This document shows positions 15,801-29,900 of a stretch of DNA of 64,000 nt, one piece after another. A program made the position numbers and the translations under genes. How positions within the stretch are numbered: the first letter of the stretch is position 1; each line of letters opens with the position of its first letter. The notes under the pieces were generated by a model. The model searched no databases. It was not told where the DNA came from and was given only the letters and a program-made list of their open reading frames with translations. The DNA is from Balanoglossus misakiensis (Eukaryota; Animalia; Hemichordata): assembly GCA_040954595.2 (NCBI GenBank), contig CM082582.2:11027483-11091482 (forward strand). Direction: 5' to 3'.

Positions 15801-16049
15801 AAGTCCAACAACCACGGCAACCACCCTCCATCCGCTCGCCCGGCGTCCTACCCGAACCACTCACCGGTCCCCCGCTACGCCACGCACCCGCCCCCTCCGC
15901 CGCCACCACCCCCGAGCACCTCGCCGTTTCCGCCCCACGCCTACCAGATGTACAACGGCCACGGTGGCCAGCACCACCACCATCACCCGGGGCCCGGGGT
16001 GATGTACCACCACAGCCACGAGTCGGTGGATTTGCCTCCGAAGATTTAA
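376..16049 (+). CDS. Gene A: CUB-LDLa-TM type I membrane protein (MIG-13/CULD/LRP12-like architecture), 5'-partial; exons 376-813, 11584-11706, 15670-16049
   Basis: Three AG/GT-flanked exons join in phase 1. They encode a CUB domain (YQNSLDCTVTINAEPGKRINIRFDFFDL...LCGG...VTLRFISDG...KGFKFIY), an LDLa repeat (CFQCEDGTMCIDQDLVCNDLNNCNDNSDE), a hydrophobic TM, CCC and a Pro/His-rich tail, with TAA at 16047-16049. The signal-peptide exon is not in the window. Confidence 0.88.
909..951. repeat. 22-bp tandem duplication containing a GGTCACGTGA E-box
   Basis: ggtcacgtgaggggagggata occurs twice with a 22-bp period. Confidence 0.85.
7514..7580. repeat. Degenerate (GTTGA)n pentanucleotide microsatellite
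   Basis: gagttgagttgat...tagttgagtttggttgagttgag. Confidence 0.6.
11584..11706 (+). CDS. Gene A exon: LDL-receptor class A repeat
   Basis: Acceptor ttctgcag| and donor G|gtaggt; 123 nt, phase 1-1; six Cys and the DxSDE motif. Confidence 0.9.
15670..16049 (+). CDS. Gene A last exon: TM helix plus Cys cluster and Pro/His-rich cytoplasmic tail
   Basis: Acceptor ttttcag|CG in phase 1, in frame with ORF 15696..16049 (IVGATVGVVFLIILIVCIVCCCRLRK...PPPPPPPP...HHHHH). Confidence 0.88.
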
Positions 16050-18338
16050 AGAATTGATGGCCAATTTCCTGTGTCAAGTGAAGTTTTGGAGATGTATACA
16101 CTTTGGTTGCACAAACCTGTACCGTATTGACGTGACATTCCGTCAGTGTCCTTCACGAACAATGTGAAAATCTTATGTTTGTCATAAAGTGTAACGTAAT
16201 CTGTTTTTGAAAAGTGGTGAAGCAATTCGTTGGAATGGAACGACTCTGTCTATGCTTTGTCTAAAATTACGATTTCTATTACCTGTTTCAAAATGGCGAA
16301 AAACTGAACATATATATCTGTTTGTGAACGGTGGTTGAACACTATAACTTTACTTATAATTGTCAGTTACTCTGATCAGCTTTCGGGAGTTCCTTAAACG
16401 TTCGTTGCCTTCAGTTCTCAACCACTTCTCTGAACCAAACAGCATCGCTTGGAAAAAATACCTAATTTGAGGAACCAGATGTCGCTACACGTACACAGGG
16501 AAATGTTATGCCTGTCTGCGCGTACAGGTGCAACGGACCTGTGTCCCGAGCACAGACGCCAGGTGACAATGGCGATCACGTGACAACTCGTATCTTTTTG
16601 GGGAAGCAAACAGGGATTAACAAAATAGTGTAATTTGTTTTATAAACCCTAAGTGACATTTTGTGTTTGACACTAACCAAAGTTTGCCTGCGCAGAAGCG
16701 TACAAGGCTCCTTATCGAAGAAGATGCAACACGACTGAAATAAGTCGCCACTAGTTTAATATACACGTGGCGTATCCATATCTCGATTTTTTTTTCAAAA
16801 ATTGGTATATTTGTCAGTTTTCATACGTTGGCAATTTTTGATACGAAAAGGAATTTGAGGGAAGTGCCAAGACCCAAATTCTGTAATTGTCAAGTTAGCG
16901 GAGAGAGAATTAGGTCATGTGTTATGTTATTGCAGTATACATGAATTTCACTCCATTTACGTTTATTATTAACAGAAATTTATTATAATTTTTTTGTATT
17001 TTGATTTTAGAGTTCGCCGAGGTAAGGAGACATCATAGAAAATGCAATGTTCCCTGTTTTCGTGGTCTAAGCGATGTACGCACGCGCAATAATGTTTTAG
17101 AGGGGGGGGGGGGGATAAAAGTACTGTAAAATTCCTCTCCTTTTGCACTATTGAAACTGAATATCGGTGTCGTTTAGGGTCATGTACTTGTTAACTTAGT
17201 GATGAAATCTTTCCAACACTACGCATTTCACATAATGAATCGAATCTCCAAAAGCCTTGCCGAAGAAAGCCCCATAAACTGGGAGATTTGGAAAACGCCG
17301 ACGATCAAATTTGAAGTGTTACTACCATTGTAAGCACCGTACATATCGACTGCGAATAACGCAGCTGTAACTTATCGTCTTATGAACAAAGTTAGACTTG
17401 AAAATCAATCGCTGGGGGCGCCCTGTATCGGTCTGAAGAGACTGTCTTAAGCGACAGACATTTCTGGACAAAGAATACCTTCGCCGTATTAATTAATTGT
17501 TATTCAATGCAAACTTGGTGCAAAAGTGGACCTTCATTGATGCAAAGCGCGGGTAGCGATTCTGAAATACACGCACTATTCATTTGAACGAACCCCTCAG
17601 GGATAAGATGTGACTATCGATCGCCCCCAACCGTTTCTACAGGGACGCCATTTTATGAGGGTTATTTGGATAACCGATGCAACTCGACTCGAAGGAATAC
17701 ACATTTATCGTTCCCCTGGAAACCAAAATAGTATACATAAACAAACTAGATTAAAATAGCTTCCCATATGACAGTTGTAGTGTTACACAGTAGGAGTTTA
17801 CTGACCTGTCAAATTTTTGTGATTTTTATACCAGCTTCATGTAGAAGCTTGCCACTTCAATGGCGTTTATCAACTGTTCATCTGCAATTGAAACTTTCAG
17901 CTAGATATGTTTGTTGTCCAGCGACTTTCAGTTGTCAGATTTAGTGTCTGTACGATGTTTTCAAAGTTGGAGACGGGACCGTGGCCGAGATCTCTGAACG
18001 CCTGAATTTGTAGGCTACCGAAGAGATAGTCTGTCGTAATCTTCGTAACGAATGTATAAAACAAACGATGACGGAGCGATACAGAAAGGTACTCCAGGGT
18101 TTGTAATGAAATTACGTTCAGTAAATATGAAATGTGGGTTTCGTGACCATCGTATATGTAAACAATAATTATTATACATGTAGTAATGTTTTCGACAACA
18201 TCATCAAATAGTCGTTTGTATACCTTTTGGAGTATTTTAAAATATTTAATGTTAAGGAGATATTTTATGACATTGATGTTCACTGAATAAATTGTCAACA
18301 TTTTATAAGAATGTACTGAATTTCTTCAACTATTGCGG

Positions 18339-18379
18339 TATGTATGTATGTATGTATGTGTGTGTGTGTGTGTGTGTGT
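18339..18379. repeat. Compound (TATG)n(TG)n microsatellite
   Basis: Directly visible in the sequence. Confidence 0.9.
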
Positions 18380-18986
18380 CTATCTGTTTTTAGTTGCTAT
18401 TATTTAAGTCCACGTGTTCATTCTAATTTGCAAACGCATTCGAAATGAATGACTCCATTTGGCCATTATTCACGTGTTACGACATCGACCACAGTGCATG
18501 CAGTGAGGTATGAATTTGAAAAGTAGCCCTCAATCGATAGATGTTTAATTCTTTTGTTTTGTTCAGTGTGTGAGCAGACGCAAAACTCAATCGCTCACTG
18601 TCATGACATGGCTCTTTGATTACGTGTCTATGTTTTATGGTGGGCACCCGTTAATGAAACATGTACTCAGGTGGCGTTGGTGCGTTCCTTTTGACAGGAC
18701 CATAAATAAACGTCTCTGTTTGATGAAGTGCATTACATGTAAAGTTGAAAGCCACTCAATATAGTAAATTTCATCTGAATATTTTTTCCGGGAATTATGT
18801 TGCTATCAGTGTCACTCGTGATGAAGTTTCCAGTTGCAATTAACCGAAGGGTAGGTTTCATACTTGTGAATATCAAGTATTTCATTCATCACTGTCAAGC
18901 CTTGTCCACACGGAGCAATTAACATGACACAATCAATTAACGGCTGTAGCGCGTTTGGTAATTACACTCTGTCTCTGTCTGTCTGT

Positions 18987-19089
18987 CTGTACTGTACTGT
19001 ACTGTACTGTACTGTACTGTACTGTACTGTACTGTACTGTACTGTACTGTACTGTACTGTACTGTACTGTACTGTACTGTACTGTACTG
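18987..19089. repeat. (CTGTA)~20 microsatellite preceded by (TCTG)n
   Basis: Perfect 5-mer array; it explains the spurious CTVLY and STVQY ORFs. Confidence 0.97.
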
Positions 19090-20254
19090 AAGCACGACAG
19101 TTTGAAGCGTGGGTGAGGCACAATGGACGTAATCACTGACGACTAAATGGGTAGCTAGGGGGCCATCTCCCCGAGATCATGAGTTATTTTCTCCGGGGCT
19201 GACAGAATGAGGTCATGGGTCGGGAATCCACGACTCCAACTCGTTGCTTATGCCTGGCCAGAGGGAAACTGGCCGCAGAGGGAGCAATCGATACCGTCAA
19301 TTACCGGTCATGCGTCGTAATAGGCAAACAGCCTATGTTCTCTTTGCGGCAACGGCGCATGCGTGCACCCCACAAACGTGAGGCTAAAACACGGAAAATC
19401 GATCAAAATGCATATCAGCATATAGGCAGTTACAAGGAGGCGCGGGATTGTTGCAAGCTAATGTGGCAAGAACATCCACAAAAGTAGAATGCATAATTCC
19501 AGAATTATTTTTATTTTCGAGTCCAACTAGTCAAATCACAGCAAACGATTCATCCCCAAACAATATGGCAGTGACGTTCGCAACACAGAAAAAGGCCTTC
19601 AGTTCTCCTTCATGGCGGACTGAAAAGAATAATTGATGTAGAAATCAAATCTACACAAAACGCACACTACAGACCGAGCGCTGACAAAGGACAGACCTCC
19701 CATTAACTTCTCTACGAGGAGCCGCGATATGCCTGAAAAAATGAATACATTTTCCATCTGCCGTTTCTATTTTGGTCACGATGTCTCGAAAATAAAATAG
19801 GGTAGCTTCTACTAAAATGTGTTAATCCTGTGAACGCTGTTCATCTTTCAAGAAGACTTTTGAATGTCATTAATATCATCAAATTAAGTGCAACTCTGAC
19901 GTACCATATATACGAACGCACATTTCATATAATTCTACTGATCACTAACACTGTCACAAATGCTCGCCTCTATATCGCTTCTACTACTATACACACTCAA
20001 TTCGACCTTATGTTGTTGATAAGCTGCCTGAAAATTATATAAGTGATAAAATCAACTCCAGGAGTCATCATTTTATTATGCTAGTCTCTTGGAATACTTT
20101 TAATAAATAATGTTGCTATAAATCGCAACCAATTTCCCGTGGCAGTGAAACAAAACAGAAATCATCGTCGCTGACTCACTGAACCGGAATGACTCGAAGA
20201 CTACGCCAGGTGATCCAATTAAATTCATCGCGGTGCTTTGTGTTTTGGCGCGCA

Positions 20255-20307
20255 TATATAAGAAGCATGCGTTCGAGTTCGCTCTCCCTCTCTCTCTCTC
20301 TCTCTCT
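20255..20307 (+). promoter_or_regulatory. Candidate core promoter of gene B: TATATAA followed by a (CT)n tract
   Basis: TATATAAG at 20255 and a (CT)n tract about 28 nt downstream, in a CpG-rich region about 570 bp upstream of the putative signal-peptide exon. Confidence 0.35.
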
Positions 20308-20825
20308 AAAGTAGTGTAAAGGCCACGCTGTGCGCGAGTGAAGGTTTTTCGTCGTGCGATTTGTTTACCTCGGTGAGACTGGGAGCGGGAGTGGACAGGG
20401 TCGACTCGACGTAAGCTGTGACGACACATGATGGAGAACTGTTGATTGCGTGCATGCATGCATCTCATTCCCGACGGAATGTAGTTGTAGAACCGACGAC
20501 GGCGGGAAACAGTGAGTGACGACGCTCCTGGCGGGCTGATGAGTCAAAGCACGCATGACTACACCCAATTGGCGAGCACTAGAGCCGAATCCGTTTTCAT
20601 CATTCGCCGTCGATTCCGCGCGCCTAACGAGTTGCGTTTCAAGCCGCCTGCCTGCCTTACTTGCCAGGTCACAATGTGATGCGACGGATTTTGCTGTACA
20701 CGTAGATTTTTTACCATACGTAGAGGGATGTGTGGAGGCACCAGGCGGACTAGGGTCCCGGATTTGTACATTTTCCTCCGCAACTTGACTCAATCTGGGT
20801 AGGAGCGTCGTCAGCGGATGTCAAC

Positions 20826-20931
20826 ATGTTGGATATCCACCATGATCTTACAGTTATCGGCTGCAGTGCCGTCGGCAGGCTTGTGTGTTTGTTTTGCACG
20901 CTTTCATCCTTCGTTGCTGCTTGGGAAATAG
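20826..20931 (+). CDS. Gene B putative first coding exon (signal peptide)
   Basis: ATG...GRLVCLFCTLSSFVAA-WEI ends in G|gtaggt, phase 1, which matches the CUB exon. It lies 10.5 kb upstream, so the link is inferred. Confidence 0.55.
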
Positions 20932-23900
20932 GTAGGTGGATGCATTCACGCATTTTCTGTGTTTTCAAAATTGGCCACGGCGCCGAAGCTACTCTTTCGG
21001 TGCCCGCTTTATCCAGCTTAAAACCGCGACCTATATGACGTTTTCATTGCTTCATTGGTTAAAGCTAGTTAAGCAGTATTACGCATGTGTGTCATTGATA
21101 CCTACAAGCGAGCCTTTTGAAACTCGCGGCATGGAAATCACTAATGAAGACCGTTTTGTTGCTCTGGGAACAAATACACACCTTTTTAATAAAGATTTCC
21201 TGGGCTGCCACAAGTCTCCTAAATTCTAACAGGTCATGTATGCGTTGTGATCTCGGCGCGTTTCAAAGAAAAGCGGTGGCCTCGTTTTTATTTTTTAGCA
21301 AACCGAGAATTGAAGCACTGCAGTGCATTCAACTCTGACACGCAATATTTGCCGTTCCCGATAATGACCTGGATTCCGAATAGGTACGATTTGGGAGCAG
21401 AACGCCCCCACCCAGCCCCCCACCCCCACCCCCTCATCCCCACATCGATGTGGATTTTGATTGGGTGACCCCGAGCCATCAATGCTACGTCTGATCAATT
21501 TCTTATAGTGTGACGTCGGCGGCTTTCCGTCGTCGCAATTCTCGAGTCGCACGCAGCATTGCCAAAGAAGTATAAATGGAACTGTATTCAGTGTCGGCCT
21601 GTCAAAGCCAGCTGTCAATACAGAAGTCTTCTGGGGTTATTATTCGCCAGCCACTCGGATCACGTCTTAAAAGCAGGATCGGGCGCCGGAATCCCTTTCT
21701 TAGCCCGTCTACTAACGCGTAAGACGCTTTTAATTAACGCGAGGTTAAGGTGATAAATTGGGAGAATGGTCAACTTCCACGATTTTTTTTGCCAGCATCG
21801 CGCATAAAATGTACTTTGTATACGCGTAAAATTTTGCTTCGTGCGCTTGTAGATGGATTTTGATTCTCATGCTGAACGCTACTATGTTCCTTTGGGTGAT
21901 TTGGTCCTATCGAAGGTGTGCGTGAACACACTACTAATATTTTAAGGTTACACATAGCCTACTCTAATGTGACCCATTGCAAATCGTTAGCAAGACGAAA
22001 AATCGTTCGTATCCATTGCTGACGGCTACATTCTTAGTCCCCTCGCACGATAACACTCGATATTGTAGTCGACAGCTTCATCAATTTAGTATACATATCA
22101 TATGCGATTGCAATTCGGAACGCCACTTTTATGGGGGAAAAACTCAGCAATGCAAAAAATAATATGAATGAGGTTTGGGCTTCATTTGCAGCCCGTGTTG
22201 TCGGAGGGACGTGTTCGATCGACCGCAAAGCGCAGCGCACACGCTAATGCACCGACATTAAATATTTAAGCAAAAAAACTTCTGTTTTGGCGAACACTTG
22301 AAATGAATTGAACAGCTTTTCGATTTCACTCGGAATGGAACGACCGAGGGAAACTTGCCAGCTCGTCATGTGCGTGGAAGTCTTGCCTGCGTGTGAACGG
22401 AAAGCAAAAAAAAAGGAAGGATGTACGTCACCGCGGATTTTATTTTTTAAAGCAGTTCAATTTCAGAATCCAGTGTTGGCACCATCTGAGCATGCGCCAT
22501 CATGAAATACTGCATCAGTAAACATCCACAAGTAGAGTAACTCGACTCGACCGTTATTTGTTCGGTATGATTGTTGCTATTTAACAATAATCCAGAATAA
22601 TCGCGGAAGTAATTTTCGTATGCGCAAAGATACGTCGCGCAGATGTTAAGGAAGGGGGGGGGGGTACACTGTTAGATGGTACGGCAGAGCGCTAGGGAGG
22701 GGCCGAGTCATGAAAATGCGAGTTGCGTTTGCAGATCATATTACAGATCACCGTGGAAGGAATTCCAAATGCAACGGAAAGTGCATGATGCCGCCCGCCT
22801 GAATGGCACAAATATACTTATTTTGTATTTTGAATGTGGATGTCACCGTTCCCCACATTCAATTTATATAATGGGTTCTTTCGCGTGAATAAGGCGACTG
22901 ATTGACAAATATCACCGTTATAAACATTTGTGACGTTCAAACTTTCATGAAAAAATAATTGAGGTCAGCGGGGGCACATGAACTGTATCACACGTACGCT
23001 GAGAAGTCGATTTGTGCCCGCAAACCAGCGCGTACTATTGATTAGCATATTCAAATAGTCATGATGTTTGTTTCACTGCACACGTGGTAATCTTTCCTCC
23101 AATAGAAGACGTTGCGCAGGTGGTAAAAGCAGATGAACACAATGGACATTGAAAGCGACACAAATCAACGCATGCTACTGCGACAGAGGTGGAAACACAC
23201 GCCAAATTTGATGGTGAGAAGTACATGAGAGCTATAGGACCCGATTAATTCCTTCGATGAGTTATATTGATTACGTCCCTGCCTTTTATTTGTCTCTGGG
23301 GAACATCTCCGCACCGTCCTTGCGCGATTCCTCTTTTAGCGAAAATGTTAGCCGTTTCTCGGGCAATTAATTGGAAAGCAGCCCTGATCGCCAAAATTGC
23401 TCGAAAGACTTAATTTAAACACGTGTCTCGATTAATCTGATAAAATAGCGTGTTTTCCGTCGAGTTTCTTGCATTAGAAGGATTGTCTCCTATGGGAGTT
23501 GTAAGCGCCAAGGGCTAACCTCATCTTGTGTTACACGTGTTGGATCCATCCATATCACTTTAGACTGTGTGTGCCGTAAATATTTTAGTAGCCTATTCAA
23601 CCAATCTACTAAAACATATCTTGAAAATAAAGTATGTAAAGACCAAAATGATATTTCGTTTTAGTGAGCAGAAAGCTAACATATCGAATCGTTCGGTTGT
23701 GCCCAGTGCATGCATTTTAAGCGTTGCTATAATTGTGAAGGGCGATGGATTTTTATACAAGATGGCGGATGGCATACATTATACATTACTGTATATCTGA
23801 GACGGTACGCATTTAAATAGAGGCTTAGCAATGCCAGAATTAACAGTTATGAATCTTCCCGTCTTTTTTTATTCAGAGAAATGATGTAAATCTTGTTCTT

Positions 23901-26900
23901 TATTGAGTTTATGGATTATTTATTATCATCGGTGGCAAGATATTGACGCGGCGGGATACTGGACGCTCAAGTAACCCCCCTGCAGGGGGGAGAGCTCAGG
24001 TTATACCCAGAAGAAGAATCGTTAACAAGAATCCCCAACTATATTGATCATTAAAAGCACAGGCGAATCCACCTGGAAGATTTGAAAAATAGTCTTGTTA
24101 ATGGCCTCGTCTAGAATTTCCCTCATGCACTGAAACAAGCATCGATCATATTATATGAGATGCATTAGATATCTGAAAGCCCTCCTTCTGCTGGATGTGT
24201 CTGTCGACCACATTGGTTCAAATCATAAAAATTAACAGGCGTTCTCTGGTGTCTCTTTTAGACATTTAACTTTCTGCATGTTGTCTAGAACTATATATAC
24301 AATACATATGGAAATTCTTGCTACCTTAAATAGTTTTTATTTCGTGCCAGGGGACCAAAACACCTTAATTGCATTTTTGAAATTGTGTGACGTGTACTAA
24401 CCGTGACCAAACCAAATGGCTTGCTGCCATGCAACAATGCTTATAGTTTCCCTGAACATGGGCACTTTTGGTGACATCTGATACGACCGTTGCGGCAAAT
24501 TTTGCCGCCAGCGCTTCTGCGCATTGCAGGTGCGCAACCCGGTGTAAATGGATTTATACCGTAGACCTTTAGATGACCTTCAGAAGTAATTACGCGCCCC
24601 ATTTGTCTTTTAGAGGCCCTAACATATTCATGAAGTAATTTCGTGAATTTGTTTCTGAAATTGGGCTTAATTGCCATCGGGTTATCTGGATTAACCCCTT
24701 CAGGCGAAGATCGGGAACTTTTGACTAGGATCTTAATGTTTTATTCTGTGTTGCAAAGGGTTATATTTAAACATATAGATGCACACCGAGTAGTGCACGA
24801 AACCAATACAGTGAGCTGACCATTAAGACCTATCCTTCAAAGTTGCACCAAACATCTCAGTGTTCATTTCCTGGGTTTGACTTTCTCGGAAGACAGCGCG
24901 GAAACAAACAAAAAGGTTTCAAACGATCTTGCTCCAGATGAGAAGAAAGCAAAACTGTCTACTTCAACTTCGCGTTGCTTCTGTCACAGCCCTTGTACAT
25001 ATGTGACAAGAGAGTCATACCTGAATCACTGTGGTTTCTTAGCATATTTCACAATCATGCTGTTTCACTAAAATGAATGGACATGAAACTATCCATGTAC
25101 TTTGAAATCCAACCAGTGATAAAATCACTGGGAAACATCTCAAAAGGTAGAAGCTAAAATACGAGGTCCACACGAAAGAAGACTGTGGAGCCACTCGCAA
25201 TAAATGTCTACGAAAATAACTTTGTACAGAACGAGGCGCCATTTTGAATATAGCCTCCTGTATATGAAGCATTGCCAATTACCCTCATAAAATGAATGAC
25301 ATAACTGTGCATACATTTAGACATATAATGGTACCCGTTAACATTTTGCCTGGCTGAATGAGAGCAATAGATCTAGGTTTTGATGTTTTTTGTGGGATTT
25401 AATCAAGAGAAATGAGCTAGTTAGTAAAGCCATCAAGCGACCTGCCATGCCCGGAGGCACAGTCGTGATGTTCGTAATGTCGGGTCGTGAGAACGTTGCA
25501 GGTCGGGAATTAAAGCAGGTGAGCCTGTTTTGAAACCCATGTTAAGGTTTTTGATCAACCGATCAGTTTCGCCGATTGGCGGGGGGAGGGTTCTTTCTCG
25601 TGTTTCGAATTTGTTGCACCTGGTGGAGACGGGTGAACAAAAGAAATAACCGAGAAAGAATTGTTATTGATTGGCCGGGAATGTTGTTGCTATTCGTTGC
25701 TTGTTGGAGGCATTGTCTGGGGCCTATGGGCGACTTCTCGAGTGGAGGTCGAAATAAATCGCGATAAACACCTTTGAACTCGGTCCCCTGAAGCATGCAG
25801 AGAAATACCAACATTTCCTGCCTCTGAGTCGAAAGAATTACGCTTTCACCTTTCATTATAGCACGTAAGCCGCCCAGCGTTATGCACACGGAATATGAAC
25901 TTTTAGTGAAAGAAAACATGGTCGAGTAATAAAGTTGTAATAAATTGCGGTGTGCCTGATACATCATGGTATGGTTATCCCTAGATATATATTAAACTAA
26001 TTGTCCCTTTAAACATTGGAAGATGGACTAAGAGTGTTTTTTAGAGTTACGATCGGCATTACACTCGCTTGAATATTTTCTTGATTATTGTACGATCGAG
26101 ATACATGCCCTGGCTAGACTGACGCACGAGATTTCATGCACCATACAAATCAGAGATAGTACGCACAAAAGAATCCCAACAGCCTGCGTAAGTGCACTTT
26201 GATAACGACATTCTATATCGTGTTACCATGGTTACTGTGATTACAGAAGACCCCAAAAATAATTACGAGTACAAAATCGACCATCTCTGAAGAATTTCTG
26301 ACCCAGAAATAATGGTTATGAAATCTGCATATGTCAAAAGCAGAGATGTTCGCATTTTACGATTACCAAAATGAATACAAACTCACGTGCACTTAATTTG
26401 TGCCAACAGAGAGGGACATTCAAGATATGTGCTTGCTATACAGCGACATCGTTACGAAATTTAGTTAATTACCACAAATTGATTTAATTACGTTTTTCGT
26501 GCTATTTATTTGAAGTTAAGCATTTTGAAAAATGCCACAAGTTTGTGAACATAAGGTTTGCAAATCGCCGACCCTTCAACTAAAATAGCTTCCTACAATC
26601 TGAAACGACCACAGTTGAAGAATATTTTGCATTTCCGGATGGCAGAACTGCAGAGAAAATCGGCGACGCGGATAAAGTTCGCGAGACCTGGCAGATATAA
26701 AGACTGTCCCATTGAACGTTCTGTAAATGTTTTACAGCGGATTTCAGTCTCCCTACCCATCTCTCTAAGTACCCTCAGGAACTCACCACAGCACGTATTG
26801 ACTAAAATTCATGTGGGCAGAAGGATTTTCTGAAACGCGTGACATTTCACTTCCTCGACATATTTCGTGAGCGAACCCGGTCGCTTGGATCACACAATGT

Positions 26901-29900
26901 ACCTTTTGTACTTTCATCTCCTACTTCCGTCGCGGCTGTTCCTTCCTCTTTGTGAGGAGATAAACATAATTTCTCGCTCTGAATTGAGCAAAACGTCAGA
27001 AACTCTTAAGACGCTGATTTGCAAACACCTTTGCCTAAATCAGTGACGTTTACGGACATATTGTGTATTCATTGGCGACAACGGTGGCCTTTAGCATGGC
27101 CTTGGCGTCACGACCTTGAGCAAATTAAGGGGCGTTATTTCTCATGATTGTCGAGAAATGACGGGTACCTCGGAAGGACCTTCAAGTGAAACGTTCTATA
27201 CATTAGAGCTGTCGTTGCTCCTAAGGCGACACAATCTGAGACTTTTGGGGGAACAACTTCCCTGGCAGACTCTCAGACTCAAAGCCCCTTCTCTGTCTAT
27301 ACCGACCTTAATTAAACGCCTTAACCTTTTGACGTAGCCGAGTAAACTTACGAATTTGCAGTGCTTACCTTGTTAATATTTCCAGACATCGCCCTTTTCA
27401 TACATATATGGTCTTGGGGGAATACCAACGCCAACATGAGATACGAGTGAAAGAAACTGGAATTGAGATAAACAAAAAAAATTAATGAACTTGGATAGTC
27501 TTCATCAAACTTTTACATTCAACAGAAAACCAAACCAAATCTTTTAGAGCATATCCTTGCAAGAAGCTTTATATGTGAACAGAAAGTTTCAATCACGCTG
27601 TTACGTCAATCTTCAATTACTGGACTGGAAAGTGTCAAATGTTTTTACCAGACCCCTCTTTTCTTTTCAATTCAAAATATGAGAAGTCGACCAGAATTGC
27701 ATAAAAACCATTTAGGTTTCTCGAAATAACGCTTAATTGCTTAATAATGGCAGTGTACATACAGGGGCTTTAATGGAAGGCGGATATTAAGTTGAATGAT
27801 TGAAAATCTAAAGCAGAATTACACTGTATTTCGTTTGTAACCCAGGACTGGTATTTCTATAGCGAGGTCTTTCTCATGATGGGCGGTTGACGATAGTCGC
27901 CCAACTACGTCAAGCGTTGGCAATTTATTTTTAATATAAATGAATATTTGGATAAACCGGACCTGTTTGGAAAATACCAACGGCATTATTGCTACTCTTA
28001 GTCTATAGATGAGAATTCATATTGACGTTGCATGCCTTTATTCTTTGCCCGACTGATTAGATTCTGACAAAACGCGCGTGACTGCAAGTCAATATGTACA
28101 TGCAACTGCCATTAAAAACCCGGCGTTTCACACTGTGTTGGCGCATCAAAGTAGACTCAATTCGACTATTTCCAAATGCCACACTCTCCGAACTCAGCCA
28201 TACGGCTATAAATACTCTGAGAATATGCCACGCGTCGAAAGAAACGTAAACGACTAAATCTGAAATGATTTCTTCAGAACGAGGAAAGTGGTATAGCCAC
28301 AACGCGATTCCCCGCTTTCAAAAACCAGTTGGTGCATTGTTCGGAGTTTCTTTAACATGCCGCCGATTCGCCCATCCAACCCAAATACGTATGAGCAGAA
28401 GAAAAAAACCGCCGGCGGAAAAAGTTGTGTTTTGCATGCATGCTATTTGTGGATCGCCGGCGTGGATTGAATTATGCATCGAAATATAGTTGGGCTTTCT
28501 CGTAAAGTAAAAGCCTGTTTGGATATGGTCGTGAGCTGGCGTCTTGCCTCGATTGGCGACAAATGCATTTAGATAATATTGCCTGCAGTTTAAACATTCG
28601 CAAAAATTATGGTTGCTCTAATCTGACTGTTAAAATCTGCGACTGCAAGGTTATCTGTGGAATTTCATTAGTGTATTTTCACTCTCACTGTGTGTAATAT
28701 TTGAAATGTAGTTGGAACATTTCGAGATAGGCAGGAAGAGAACGGATTATGACATTCTCTTCGTTCCAGGCATGATATCGTTCATGGGAATACTTTTAAA
28801 TCGTGGGGTATATTTTGAGAAAATTAGGCCGTATGTACATGTATGATGTATGAGTGTAATGTGGCGCATCTGTTATTATAGCTCTGATGACTGAGAGTAT
28901 TGTACTGCATATAAAGCTATTAAGACACGAAAAGAAAGCAGAAAACATTAAATTCACTATAATCGTCGTCTGCATGTGTCATGGAAGTTCTCGGGTTCCC
29001 AATGAAAGCCAGCTTAAATACGTGGCGGTGCACTTCAGGGTGTGTATGTGTGACGTCACCACTTTATGGGACGTATCTGATGGAAACGCGCCTAAATGGT
29101 TTATTGCTATGTAGGTTCTAATACGCAATACGACCATAACAGGCTTATCTGTCAATTCCCTACGTACTTGTTTGGTAAAAAAATAAGCTAGCGAAGTTAT
29201 AGGCATAAAACATTCATGGTGTTAATTTTCTGACAGTGCTTGCAATTTTTCATATGATGAAATATTTATAGCCCGATGAAACAAATCGTTTTTCCACTTT
29301 AATATCAAACGGGCGTTTCCATATTTTAAGTGCACTGAATATAGTTATTCATGTTTTCACGTTTTCACCCGAAGCCATATGCAAGGCAACAAATGTAATT
29401 TACGGTAGAATTCAGTGGGTTGTCATAATAGCCAATTTTATTCGTAATGACTCCAAACAGGTTATGAAATTACATGACCCCTACTTCCGTTGGTATGAAT
29501 CCATCAGTCTAATGATTTCAGAAACTTGTCAGAAATTTGTCGATTGCATGGGTGACCTCGTGTTTAATACATTGTAAACATTAGAATCAGTCCTTTGCGA
29601 GAACATATACCGGGTGTCATTACGCAGAATGAGTGAAAGAGAGAACTGATTTCCTGTTGCTCACGACGACTTCCACTGAATAATAGATACTCATCTGCAC
29701 AGATGTGAAATGATTCACTTCAACAAACGGGTGCGGTGTTTCACCTCGGGGAGATATCCTCTCCTTCGTACAGAGTGTGTTTCTCCGCAACCAGTGTTGC
29801 AAATCTTGTGAGAGCTATTTGCCCTTGTGTATTTGGCGTGGCTTACAGCAATGACTGCAAGGCCGTGTATTATTTCCGGTTGTCATCGCGATGTGCCCAA

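Noticed and set aside
18924-19139. ORFs with CTVLY/STVQY repeats; possible CRISPR-like array
   Set aside because: This is a pure (CTGTA)n microsatellite with no spacers.
20536-20560. CTGATGA plus GTCA/TGAC stem resembling a hammerhead ribozyme (also CTGACGA at about 19136)
   Set aside because: The required GAAA after stem II and stems I and III are missing; the site is better explained as a TGAGTCA (AP-1) motif or chance.
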